Positions 17,944-27,086 of a DNA stretch of 64,000 nucleotides are shown here, one piece after another. This DNA comes from Candidatus Poribacteria bacterium (GTDB lineage: Bacteria > Poribacteria > WGA-4E > WGA-3G). The translations under genes were made by a program, and so were the position numbers. The number at the start of each line of letters is the position of its first letter. Position 1 is the first letter of the stretch. Under the pieces are notes generated by a model, which was not told the origin of the DNA, searched no databases, and saw nothing but the letters and a program-made list of their open reading frames with translations. The DNA lies in NCBI GenBank assembly GCA_965214095.1, contig OZ243938.1, positions 4,064,001 through 4,128,000 of the forward strand. Reading direction: 5' to 3'.

Positions 17944-18526
17944 ATATATCAATAAAGTCATCTATAGTGTCATTTTAGTCATAACATTTGCATTTATGGC
18001 TTGTCTGGATTCAGATGACCTCAATGATATTCTAACACTTGAACCAGAAACACTACCTCCTAGTGAAGGGTTAGCAATAGGCTCAACTGCCCCTGATTTT
18101 TCACTACCAGATGCAGATGGGAATGTCCATGAACTATCTGATTATGCAGGACAGAAAGTTACTCTTGTCTTTTTTGCTACTGAAAGTTGACCGGAATGTA
18201 GAAAACAACTCGTTGAGTTGCAAAGTGGATATCAAAATATAAAAGCGGCTGGTGCAGCAGAACTAATTGTCATGAGTAGTGATAACACAAATGGAATTCG
18301 TGAATTACGTCAAGATGAAGGAATTGATTATCTGCTTCTTTCTGATGGTGATGTTGACACCATTGCTGCCTACAACGTACGAGCACAAAGCGGTAATCCT
18401 TTCTTGGCACGTCCAGCAACCTTCATTGTCAATGAAAACGGTAGAATTGCATGGGTAGACCTTGGCGATAGATATGGTCATCGCACAAATTCAGAACAGA
18501 TTATTGATGCCTTGAACGATTTGTAG
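17933..18526 (+). CDS. AhpC/TSA (peroxiredoxin-like) lipoprotein, predicted selenoprotein (U-P-E-C), 197 aa
   Basis: ORFs 17843-18190 and 18218-18526 share a frame, joined by TGA 18188-18190: APDFSLPD...LVFFATES-U-PECRKQL...RPATFIV; lipobox-like FMAC. Confidence 0.85.
18206..18220 (+). promoter_or_regulatory. Candidate bacterial SECIS hairpin
   Basis: CAACTC-GTT-GAGTTG, 15 nt after the UGA; loop starts GU. Confidence 0.6.
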
Positions 18527-18547
18527 AAATGCGTCATCGTATCCGAT

Positions 18548-18684
18548 TATAGTAAAACCATAATTATTTACACACTACGGTAGGTTCGGTTTCCTAACCG
18601 AACCGATGTTTGTTCGGTCTCATAGATGCGGTTAGGAAACCGCATCTACCAGAGAGTGTGCACACATTTTTACATTTCACTATA
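18548..18684. repeat. REP-like doublet inside a TATAGTAAAA/TTTCACTATA wrapper
   Basis: 18579-18605 is identical to the 11170 unit; 18624-18650 is an inverted variant with compensatory stem changes; outer imperfect inverted repeat at 18548-18557 and 18675-18684. Confidence 0.8.
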
Positions 18685-18689
18685 AAATA

Positions 18690-18717
18690 AAAAGGGCAAA
18701 AAAATCTCTGCCCTTTT
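18690..18717. terminator. Probable bidirectional terminator between convergent genes
   Basis: AAAAGGGCA...TGCCCTTTT. Confidence 0.65.
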
Positions 18718-18733
18718 ACCTAACCATACCTAC

Positions 18734-19512
18734 CTATCGTTCACGGTCAGTTTTTATGGCTCCCCAAGTCGTAGTCAATTTTTCTGCAGGTTCTACAGGC
18801 AAGAAAGCACCATCTTTTATAGTGTTTAACTCTGCTTCAGTAATGACACGATTGAACAAGAACACTTCATCAATAATGCCCGTGAAAAATTCTAATCCGG
18901 GATGTCTTGCCCCGACCATTACTGAACCGTCAATCTGTATTACTTCAGGTGGTTTTGCACCACCGCCTACTCTTCGTCCATCATAGTAAATGCTAACATC
19001 CTTGTCTATATCATGCGTTACAGCAATATGAACCCAGTCTTGTGGTTGATTCTCATCAGTGATACCTTTCTGTGCCCAACCAGGAGCTTTAGACCAGAGA
19101 TAAGTCTTTTGATTATCATTATTAAATATCGTTGCCCAGACAAGAGACCCAGCAGCTACCATATAATTCCAAGTCGCAACTTGATTGGCTCCGCGTTTAA
19201 CCCAAAATGCAATAGAAAACTGCTTCCTTAACTGTAAACTATCGTTGATAGGAACTATTACGTACTGCTTATTTGCACCATCAAACTCAAGTGCTTTTCC
19301 ATCATATTGTCCATCAACCCATGAGGGATTTGCCATCAGTTCACCATCATTTCCGTGTGAGAACCGTCTTTGGCAGTTTTACCGTTGCCTTCATCAAATG
19401 ATAGGTATAGAACGAGTGATTCATCATCTAAACCGGCATGTGAAGCAAGAGGAACAATGAACATTGTCAGTACTGTCAAGAATGCTGCGATGATATTGAT
19501 TCGTTTCAACAC
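18734..19512 (-). pseudogene. Secreted LamG-like jellyroll protein with a 1-nt frameshift near 19358
   Basis: GTG 19512 with AGGAGG RBS gives MLKRINII...HAGLDDESLVLYLSFDEGNGKTAKDGS; the expected HGNDGELMANPSW follows in another frame; span is 779 nt, one short of in-frame. Confidence 0.75.
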
Positions 19513-19599
19513 TGTTGTCTCCTCCTTACATTGTGACTTTTATTCTAAATTAGTATACAATATTTCTTATACACCAGACACTTCGTAACCACAAATAAT

Positions 19600-21342
19600 T
19601 TAGCATGCACCACACTTTTTGCAAACTGTGGTATCACATGCACTTGTCATAAAACCTTTTTCATGTTTGTTATGTTCAAGCTGTAAGAATTGAGGTTTAA
19701 CATTTAGATCAAGATGGTCCCAAGGATTAATTTCACTAAAACTTCGTTGTCGTAAAGCATAAAAATCAGGTGCTAATCCGTGTTGACGAAAGGCATTGTT
19801 CCAAGAATTACCGTTTGCAAGTTCTAATATGACTTTTCCAAGTCGGCGGTCTCCTCTGGCCAGTACTGCTTCTTGATGTGCCATCCGAGCACTTGCTGAT
19901 GATACTTTTATACTTCCAAGTCTGTTTATTTCACGTTTTAAATAATCAAGTTTTTTCGCAATTGTCTTTGGTGGTTCCATTGGAACCCATTGGAACGGTG
20001 TATGCGGTTTTGGTACCATCGGTGATATGGTAAAACTGATACGACCAATCTTTCCAGATCGCTTCGCATGTGGCAATAGGAGAGTTCGCATCTCTTTAGC
20101 CATATCAACAATCGCGGTCACATCGGCTGGGGTTTCATAAGGGACACCAATAAGGAAATACAAACGCAGATTGAGTATGTCTCGTTTCAATGCTTCTTCA
20201 AATACATGGTAGAGTCTTTCTCTTGGAATTGCTTTGTTAACGACTTTCTGTAAATCTTCGGTTGCAACTTCGGGTGCGATAGTGATAGTACCTTGATCAC
20301 TATCAGCGAGTGCATCAAGGAGTGGTGTTTCAACGGTTTCTGCGCGTAGCGAGGCACATGAAATACGGAATCCTTTATCTACTAAACCTGAAGCGATCTC
20401 GTTGATCTGCGGATGATCGGATATAGAGGCACCGACTAAACCGATTCTATCGGTAATTCCTCTTGCTTTTTCGGCCAATGCAAGTGTGTTCTCTACGGAA
20501 CGATGTCTCGGCCATCTTCGTGCATAATCTGCAACACAGAAACGACACTGTCTTCCACATCCACGGACAATTTCAATCAGATGGGCGTTAGAAAACTCAG
20601 TATTTGGTGTATGTATGTGTGTGCAGGTTTGAACATTATCCAGGACCGGGACTGCTGCTGAAGTTACTTTTGCAGGAAAGCCGTTCTGTGCTTGAACATT
20701 CGCAACCGTTCCATCATCTTGGTACGCAACATCATAAAAACTGGGAACATAGAAACCCGGTTCTTTGCCGAGAGATTCTAAAAGGTCTGCCTTGGGTGAG
20801 TTTGACATTTTCCAATCATGGAATCTATCCATGAATGTGTGTATCGTCAATTCTGCTTCACCGACGACGAAGACATCAATGAAATCTGCCAGAGGCTCAG
20901 GATTGTATGATATGTTGATTCCACCTGCGATGACAAGTGGGTCCCATTCGGTACGCTCTTCCGTAAGCTGCGGGATGTTGCCTAATTTCAATGCACGAAC
21001 AATATTCACATAGTCGGATTCAAAGGATACTGAGAAACCAACAATATCAAATATATTCAGAGACGTTTGCGTTTCTAAAGAGAAAAGAGGTTTCTTCTTC
21101 CTTATGAGTTCATTGACATATTGTGGTTCAGGAATAAAAACACGTTCACAAGATGTATCTTCGCGTCCATTCAACGTTGCATAGATTACTTGCATACCCA
21201 AACTCGACATACCGAGTTGATATGTACTTGGATAAACAAGTGCGAACCTATTTGATTTTCTAATATTTGTTGCTGTACGCTGACCTTCAATAGCATATTG
21301 TTCAGTTTCTAATAGCTGCTGAGTATGCTGGTATAAATCCAA
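19600..21342 (-). CDS. Radical SAM protein (B12-binding-like N-terminus, TIGR03960-like)
   Basis: YQLGMSSLG, RGCGRQCRFC (CxxxCxxC), VPKPHTPFQW, C-terminal CxxCGAC. Confidence 0.85.
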   Translation of the reverse strand: MDLYQHTQQLLETEQYAIEGQRTATNIRKSNRFALVYPSTYQLGMSSLGMQVIYATLNGREDTSCERVFIPEPQYVNELIRKKKPLFSLETQTSLNIFDIVGFSVSFESDYVNIVRALKLGNIPQLTEERTEWDPLVIAGGINISYNPEPLADFIDVFVVGEAELTIHTFMDRFHDWKMSNSPKADLLESLGKEPGFYVPSFYDVAYQDDGTVANVQAQNGFPAKVTSAAVPVLDNVQTCTHIHTPNTEFSNAHLIEIVRGCGRQCRFCVADYARRWPRHRSVENTLALAEKARGITDRIGLVGASISDHPQINEIASGLVDKGFRISCASLRAETVETPLLDALADSDQGTITIAPEVATEDLQKVVNKAIPRERLYHVFEEALKRDILNLRLYFLIGVPYETPADVTAIVDMAKEMRTLLLPHAKRSGKIGRISFTISPMVPKPHTPFQWVPMEPPKTIAKKLDYLKREINRLGSIKVSSASARMAHQEAVLARGDRRLGKVILELANGNSWNNAFRQHGLAPDFYALRQRSFSEINPWDHLDLNVKPQFLQLEHNKHEKGFMTSACDTTVCKKCGAC

Positions 21343-21381
21343 TTTGAATCCTCTTAAAATGTTTAGTAGATAAAATCGTAG

Positions 21382-22701
21382 TTAGTTTCTACGTTTATCT
21401 CTTTTCTGTTGAACACGCAGGAACGATGGTATATCCCACTGTTTTTCTTTGTCCTGATCTTTTTCATCATCGACCGGTTGCTCAGTGTTTTCTTGCTGTT
21501 CCTGTCCACCACGTGGCGGTCTTTGTTGGGGCGTTGGTCGAGGCGGTGAACTCGTTTCTCTTTCTTGCGGTTGACGTTCCCAAGCATTCCGTTGTGTTCC
21601 AGGTTGATTCCTTCCAGCACCACCAGCCTCATTAGTTCTAATCCTACTTCCCTGCAGCATCGGATTTGGTTGTACTTGACGATTGAAGCCGCCACTCTGA
21701 CCGCCTCCCTGCCTAGCATTGAAGTTTGCATCTGTTGGTGGGTCAAAACCTGTTGCAATAACTGTCACCAGAACTTCATCTTTGAGTTCCAGTTCATCTC
21801 TGTAAACCAATCCAAAGATTGGTTCTGCATCTTCAGATGCTTCAACGATGACGCGCATTGTTTCATCTAATTCAGCCATTGTGAAATCAGGCGGAGAAGT
21901 GATATTAACGATCATCCCAATAGCTCCAGAAATACTGGTTTCTTCAAGTAATGGTGAGGAAATAGCTTGCTCAGCAGCTGCAATTGCACGATTGTCACCA
22001 GTTGCTCTTCCCATACCCATCAATGCCGTTCCGGCATCGCGCATGACAGTCTCTACGTCCGCGAAATCAACATTAATCTCACCTGCTTCCGTGATAATAT
22101 CAGAAATGCTTTGAACACCGTGTAATAGGATTTCGTCTCCAATCTTAAACGCGTCTTGAATCGGGAGTTTTCTATCAAAGTTATCAATCAGACGTTGATT
22201 AGGTACAACGATTACTGAGTCTGCGTTGTTGCGAAGTTCCTTTAAACCTGCTTCGGCGTTTTCTGCCCGTCGTCTTCCTTCAAAGTTAAAAGGTCGCGTT
22301 ACGACTCCGATAGTTAAGGCACCCTTTTCTTTTGCCAGAGATGCGACAATTGGAGCTGCACCCGTACCAGTTCCACCACCCATACCAGCTGCGACAAAGA
22401 CCATATGTGCTGACTCAACAATTTCTTGAAGGTATTCACGATCTTCATTAGCAGCCTTTGCTCCGATTTCTGGGTTGGAACCTGCCCCTAAGCCCTTGGT
22501 TGTGCTCTCACCGATCTTAATTTGTGTTGCACCATGACATGTGCTGAGTGCTTGTTGATCTGTGTTCACTGCATAGAATTCAATACCTGTGAGTGCAGCT
22601 TCAATCATACGTCTCACTGCATTCCCACCAGCTCCACCTACACCAATAACCTTAATTTTTGCACTCGCATTCTCAAATTCTTCTTGTTCAAAAGCTATCA
22701 T
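21382..22701 (-). CDS. ftsZ: Cell division protein FtsZ
   Basis: GVGGAGGNA, GMGGGTGTG, INVDFAD, C-terminal DIPSFLR. Confidence 0.98.
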   Translation of the reverse strand: MIAFEQEEFENASAKIKVIGVGGAGGNAVRRMIEAALTGIEFYAVNTDQQALSTCHGATQIKIGESTTKGLGAGSNPEIGAKAANEDREYLQEIVESAHMVFVAAGMGGGTGTGAAPIVASLAKEKGALTIGVVTRPFNFEGRRRAENAEAGLKELRNNADSVIVVPNQRLIDNFDRKLPIQDAFKIGDEILLHGVQSISDIITEAGEINVDFADVETVMRDAGTALMGMGRATGDNRAIAAAEQAISSPLLEETSISGAIGMIVNITSPPDFTMAELDETMRVIVEASEDAEPIFGLVYRDELELKDEVLVTVIATGFDPPTDANFNARQGGGQSGGFNRQVQPNPMLQGSRIRTNEAGGAGRNQPGTQRNAWERQPQERETSSPPRPTPQQRPPRGGQEQQENTEQPVDDEKDQDKEKQWDIPSFLRVQQKRDKRRN

Positions 22702-23041
22702 TTTTTGTTTTTAGTCGCCCTTGGATAACTCATCCTTTAGCACTTCTACTGCATCGGTTTAGTTTCGTCAATTACAGTAACGTGTATTACCATTGGCAAC
22801 CTAATTCCTCCATATCAAAATGTTGTCTGTGATTACAATAAACATAATGCAGTAATACCAGATCTAAAGATTTAAATTTACTCGTTGTGCAAATCTTAGT
22901 ATGTAGGTAGAATTTCTGATAAGTAATGTATAGTGGTAATATCTTCATTACATAACCTAAGATCCGAACAAACACTAAATATATATGTGTTATTTCAACC
23001 TAATCTCTTCCGTTTAATTTTACTGAACTTATCTTTTTAAC

Positions 23042-23178
23042 TATAGTAAAATTTGAAATTAACTATACACTTTGCATTTAGAAAAACGCGTTTGTAGTCG
23101 CGCAATTCATTGCGCTTCTTACATTGTATAAATAAGCAATTGGGACAATATGTTTCATTAATTGTAAGTTTTACCATA
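23042..23178. repeat. REP-like unit inside a TATAGTAAAA/TTTTACCATA wrapper
   Basis: GTAGTCGCGCAATTCATTGCG at 23094 is identical to the 14618 copy; outer ends resemble those at 18548 and 18675. Confidence 0.6.
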
Positions 23179-23312
23179 AAATACGACTTTTTCTGTCTTT
23201 ATATGTATTGAAATCATAGTTTCACTATTATACATATAATATGCTTTTTAATCAATAAATTGAATCATGTCATCAAGGTTGTTTAGTTTTAACGTGAATT
23301 CGGTGTATCTGT

Positions 23313-23347
23313 TGTATGAAGGGTTTCGCTCCTCAACCCAACATACA
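23313..23347 (-). repeat. REP-like hairpin
   Basis: Minus strand TGTATGTTGGGTTGAGGAGCGAAACCCTTCATACA. Confidence 0.45.
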
Positions 23348-23463
23348 ATCATGATAAAGTGAAAATCTGAATACTAAATAGACCTGTCTATATATGGTTT
23401 AGGAAGTAGCACATCAAGTTTAGTATCTATTAGATTGTAATTTAACCTTCTGGTTTATTCTAT

Positions 23464-24699
23464 TTAGTATCCGAACCATTCTTTTATGTTTCTGAAAAAC
23501 CCACCCATCGGACTTAAACTGCGTCTTAATGTTTGTGCTTGTTTTTCTTCACGTCGTAATGATTCACCATACATAGATAAACCTAAACTTGTGGAAAACA
23601 TAGGATAATTAATCCTGTCTGTCAATCCTTTTAATTCCATTGGATAACCAACTTGAACACGTAGTTGTAAAATCTCTTCAGCAAGTTCAGTTAATCCATC
23701 CATGAGTGAAGTGCCCCCCGTAAGAACCAATCCACCTGGAAGTTGCATGCCAGAGATCTCACTTGCTATTGCTTCAAGTATATCTACCATTCTATATTCA
23801 ATGATTTGCGCTAATTCAAGTCGACTTATAAACCTCGGTGGAGATGACTCGGTTGTAATAGGCACAGGGTTAGCGTCTTCTTCTGTTATCCACTGAGTCC
23901 AAGCACAACCACGATGTAGTTTTAGTTCCTCAGCCGTTGGAAGTGTTACTTTTAAATATTGTGCAATATCGTTTGTTACGTGTTGTCCGCCAACGGGAAA
24001 AACAGCGATGTGTTCAATAGCATCTTCTTTATACACAATTATGTCTGTTGTTTGGTCTCCAATGTCCGCAAGTGCAATTCCTGCTTCACGTTCATCTCTC
24101 TGCAAAACAGCTTTTGCTGAGGCAAGTGGAGCAACTGCCAAGGTTTCAACACTTGGAATATCCGCACTTTCTACACTGTTCAACAGACTCTGAATTCCAC
24201 TTGTATTTCCAGTGATGATATATGCATTTGCTTCTAAACGTGCACCTGACATGCCAATTGGTTCTTTTATTTTAATATCCATGTCAACAACAAAGTTCTG
24301 TTCAAGCACATGTAGAATATCCTGTCCATCTGGGATAGGTGCTATAGACCTTGCCGATTGAATAGCACGGTCTACATCATCCTTTGTTATCTGTGAAGTA
24401 TTCTTGACTGTTATTACGCCGCGTGATGTTTGTCCGTTGATATGCTCACCAGAAATTCCCAAACATACAGACTCAATGTTTATTCCAGCCATAAGTTCTG
24501 CTTCTGAAATTGCCTCACGAATCGCTGCTGCTGTAGCATTGATGTCTACGACAATACCTCTTCTCAATCCTTTTGAGTTTGCAACACCAACACCGATAAT
24601 TTCCATCTGGCCATCCAAACTCGGTAGTGCATGGCATACTACGGCAGAAATCTTACTTGATCCTATATCTAATCCAGTGATAATGGTTCCTTTTGCCAT
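23464..24699 (-). CDS. ftsA: Cell division protein FtsA
   Basis: GLDIGSSKI, GLRRGIVVDI, DIG...TDI, LTGG. Confidence 0.95.
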   Translation of the reverse strand: MAKGTIITGLDIGSSKISAVVCHALPSLDGQMEIIGVGVANSKGLRRGIVVDINATAAAIREAISEAELMAGINIESVCLGISGEHINGQTSRGVITVKNTSQITKDDVDRAIQSARSIAPIPDGQDILHVLEQNFVVDMDIKIKEPIGMSGARLEANAYIITGNTSGIQSLLNSVESADIPSVETLAVAPLASAKAVLQRDEREAGIALADIGDQTTDIIVYKEDAIEHIAVFPVGGQHVTNDIAQYLKVTLPTAEELKLHRGCAWTQWITEEDANPVPITTESSPPRFISRLELAQIIEYRMVDILEAIASEISGMQLPGGLVLTGGTSLMDGLTELAEEILQLRVQVGYPMELKGLTDRINYPMFSTSLGLSMYGESLRREEKQAQTLRRSLSPMGGFFRNIKEWFGY

Positions 24700-25656
24700 C
24701 TATCTGCTGTCACCTCCTATAAATAGTGTGTCTGCATATCTGCTATCCAAATATGTATATTTATCTGGTAAAGAATTTACCTTCTTACCCATACGATTTT
24801 TATTTGTTAGATTATATTTTTTTTGTTGAAGTATGAGGAGTCCTTGTTGCTGAATAAACAGAGCTACATTATCAAGTCCAGTTTCAAGCATATCGGAAGC
24901 GATCCATACTGGCATAGGTAAATCAGCCAATTCAATAATGATTTTGTCAGAAATTCTGGCATCAATGCTCCTTAAGTTTTTTCTCAGTTCAGGTTTTCTG
25001 TTAATTACGAGTTTCAAAATCTGAATACCTCGTTGGGTTGTTCCAGACTTGAGCTGCTTCCCAACTTCAGGAAAATGTATTCCTTCATCTAAGATAAGTG
25101 TCTTGTGTGTAAAATCTTCTCGTTGTATTAATTCTAACACATAACCAGCTCCATCTATCAAGTAAAATGTATCAGTCTTTGGCATCCCTTTTGCGTTTTT
25201 CAGTAAATCTTTTGATTTTTCACCTGACGATTGTATATGCCGCACTCGTGCAAACGGTTTTCGTTCTGTAATTTCAACAGATAACTGTCGCTTTACATAA
25301 TTCTTTGTGACATAAGCATCCTTAACATAACTTAAATTGTTCTTCAAATATGTAGCCGTTTTAGATTCAGAGTCAGTAATGATATTTTGGAGGTTATCTC
25401 CTAACACATCATAAATATCTCCTTCGGTATAGTGTGACTTACCAGTGATATTTATGATTACATGGACTTGATCAATATCAAATAATCCAACAAATAACTT
25501 CGTCAAAAACAAAAAAGTGATAACGACGGTACCATAAATAACTATTCTTCTTGTACGATATCTTGGTGTTCGTATCCTTTTTGGTTTGAAAATACGATGT
25601 TCAGGTCCATCCTTTCTCCGTTTTTTAGCATTAAAGAATTTCATTTTCAAACTCAA
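24700..25656 (-). CDS. ftsQ: Cell division protein FtsQ/DivIB
   Basis: Basic N-terminus, one TM, POTRA-like region, EITERKPFA motif; position between murC and ftsA. Confidence 0.75.
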   Translation of the reverse strand: MSLKMKFFNAKKRRKDGPEHRIFKPKRIRTPRYRTRRIVIYGTVVITFLFLTKLFVGLFDIDQVHVIINITGKSHYTEGDIYDVLGDNLQNIITDSESKTATYLKNNLSYVKDAYVTKNYVKRQLSVEITERKPFARVRHIQSSGEKSKDLLKNAKGMPKTDTFYLIDGAGYVLELIQREDFTHKTLILDEGIHFPEVGKQLKSGTTQRGIQILKLVINRKPELRKNLRSIDARISDKIIIELADLPMPVWIASDMLETGLDNVALFIQQQGLLILQQKKYNLTNKNRMGKKVNSLPDKYTYLDSRYADTLFIGGDSR

Positions 25657-27018
25657 TTAGGAAGCACATTTGTTAAGAAATTTTTGTCCGACTTCCATTA
25701 TATCTCCAGCTCCCAAAGTGATTATCAAATCATGTGGTTGTGTAATCTCATTGAGATGTTCAACCACATCATCCATTTCAGTAATATAACTAACATTGGG
25801 ATGTCCAAGTGCTTTTATAGCATTTGCCAAGTTTTTGCCTGATACATTTTCTATCGGTTCCTCGCCTGCTCCATAGATAGATGTAACGATCAGAACATCA
25901 GCCTGATCAAATGATCGTGAAAATTCGTCTGCGAGATCCCTCACTCGTGCGTATCTATGTGGTTGAAAAACAGCAACAATACGACGATCATATCCATCTC
26001 TTGCCCCTTGCAATGCCGCTTGCAATTTTGCTGGATTATGTGCATAATCATCAACAACAACTATATCATCAACAATACCCAAAACTTCAAAACGTCGATG
26101 AACGCCTTGGAAAGATTCAAGTGCGTTTTTTATATCTAAGAATGGAATCTCTAATTCAAGTCCGACTGCAATTGCCGCCAAGGAGTTAGAGATATTGTGT
26201 CTTCCGGGCATCTTAAGATGAACATTACCACACATTTCGCCGTGCGATCGAACTCTATAGTGAGACGTAGGACCATCAATCTGGATATCTTCTGCAATCA
26301 GATCAGCATGTGAGTTAAGTCCGTAGGTTACAAATCTCCTATTAATTTTTGTCAATAGATTCTTTATATTTTCATGATCAAGACATAATATAGCTGAACC
26401 GTAAAAGGGAACTTTGTTGACAAATGTGAGGAAAGTTTCACCGATCTCTTTTATGCTGTTGTAATAGTCAAGATGATCTGCATCTACAGAAGTGACAACG
26501 GCAATGGTTGGATAAAACATCTCTATTGATCCATAAGCCTCATCTGCTTCAATGACCATCACATCACCGCGTCCACTCCGGGCATTGCTACCATTTATTA
26601 ACTTCCCACCGACAACAACTGTTGGGTCAAGAGTCGCCAAGACTGCTGCTGTCATTGCGGTTGTCGTCGTTTTTCCGTGTGTGCCGCTTACCGCAATACT
26701 ATATCGCATACGTGTAATTTCATTCAACATCTCGGCTCCCCGAATAATGGGGATTTTGTTCTTTACTGCTGCTTGCAATTCAGAGTTGTTTTCAGGAATT
26801 GCTGGAGATATTACCACTACGTCTGCTCCATCAATATTTGATGAAGAATGACTATACCATATATTGGCTCCACATTTTTGTAAATGTTCAGTTGTTGCCG
26901 ATTTCTTTATGTCAGATCCAGTGACATAAAAATCGTGGTCAAGTAGTACCTCAGCGATACCACTCAATCCTGCACCTCCTATACCAATAATATGAATGTG
27001 TTGAGTCTTACCTAACAA
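25657..27018 (-). CDS. murC: UDP-N-acetylmuramate--L-alanine ligase
   Basis: GIGGAGLSGIA, SGTHGKTTTT, EADE, DDYAHNP, FQPHRY; TTG start with GGAGG RBS. Confidence 0.96.
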   Translation of the reverse strand: MLGKTQHIHIIGIGGAGLSGIAEVLLDHDFYVTGSDIKKSATTEHLQKCGANIWYSHSSSNIDGADVVVISPAIPENNSELQAAVKNKIPIIRGAEMLNEITRMRYSIAVSGTHGKTTTTAMTAAVLATLDPTVVVGGKLINGSNARSGRGDVMVIEADEAYGSIEMFYPTIAVVTSVDADHLDYYNSIKEIGETFLTFVNKVPFYGSAILCLDHENIKNLLTKINRRFVTYGLNSHADLIAEDIQIDGPTSHYRVRSHGEMCGNVHLKMPGRHNISNSLAAIAVGLELEIPFLDIKNALESFQGVHRRFEVLGIVDDIVVVDDYAHNPAKLQAALQGARDGYDRRIVAVFQPHRYARVRDLADEFSRSFDQADVLIVTSIYGAGEEPIENVSGKNLANAIKALGHPNVSYITEMDDVVEHLNEITQPHDLIITLGAGDIMEVGQKFLNKCAS

Positions 27019-27086
27019 CCGGGACCTCCAGCGTAAATGCTTAACATACTCAAAAACGATGGGTAGGTATCTATTGTTTACACCGA

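Noticed and set aside
13494-18526. Genome-wide UGA recoding (code 4 or 25) as the explanation for the in-frame TGAs
   Set aside because: TGA acts as a normal stop for several genes here (ddl, mraY, thiI, rsfS, ftsI), and no other long gene has an internal TGA. The three cases all sit at CxxC Cys positions.
21363-21758. Alternative-frame 131-aa ORF in the ftsZ linker, and many short antisense ORFs across the window
   Set aside because: They overlap well-supported genes and have no motifs; treated as shadow ORFs.
22787-22975. Small ORF between ftsA and ftsZ
   Set aside because: No RBS or recognisable motif; AT-rich intergenic sequence.
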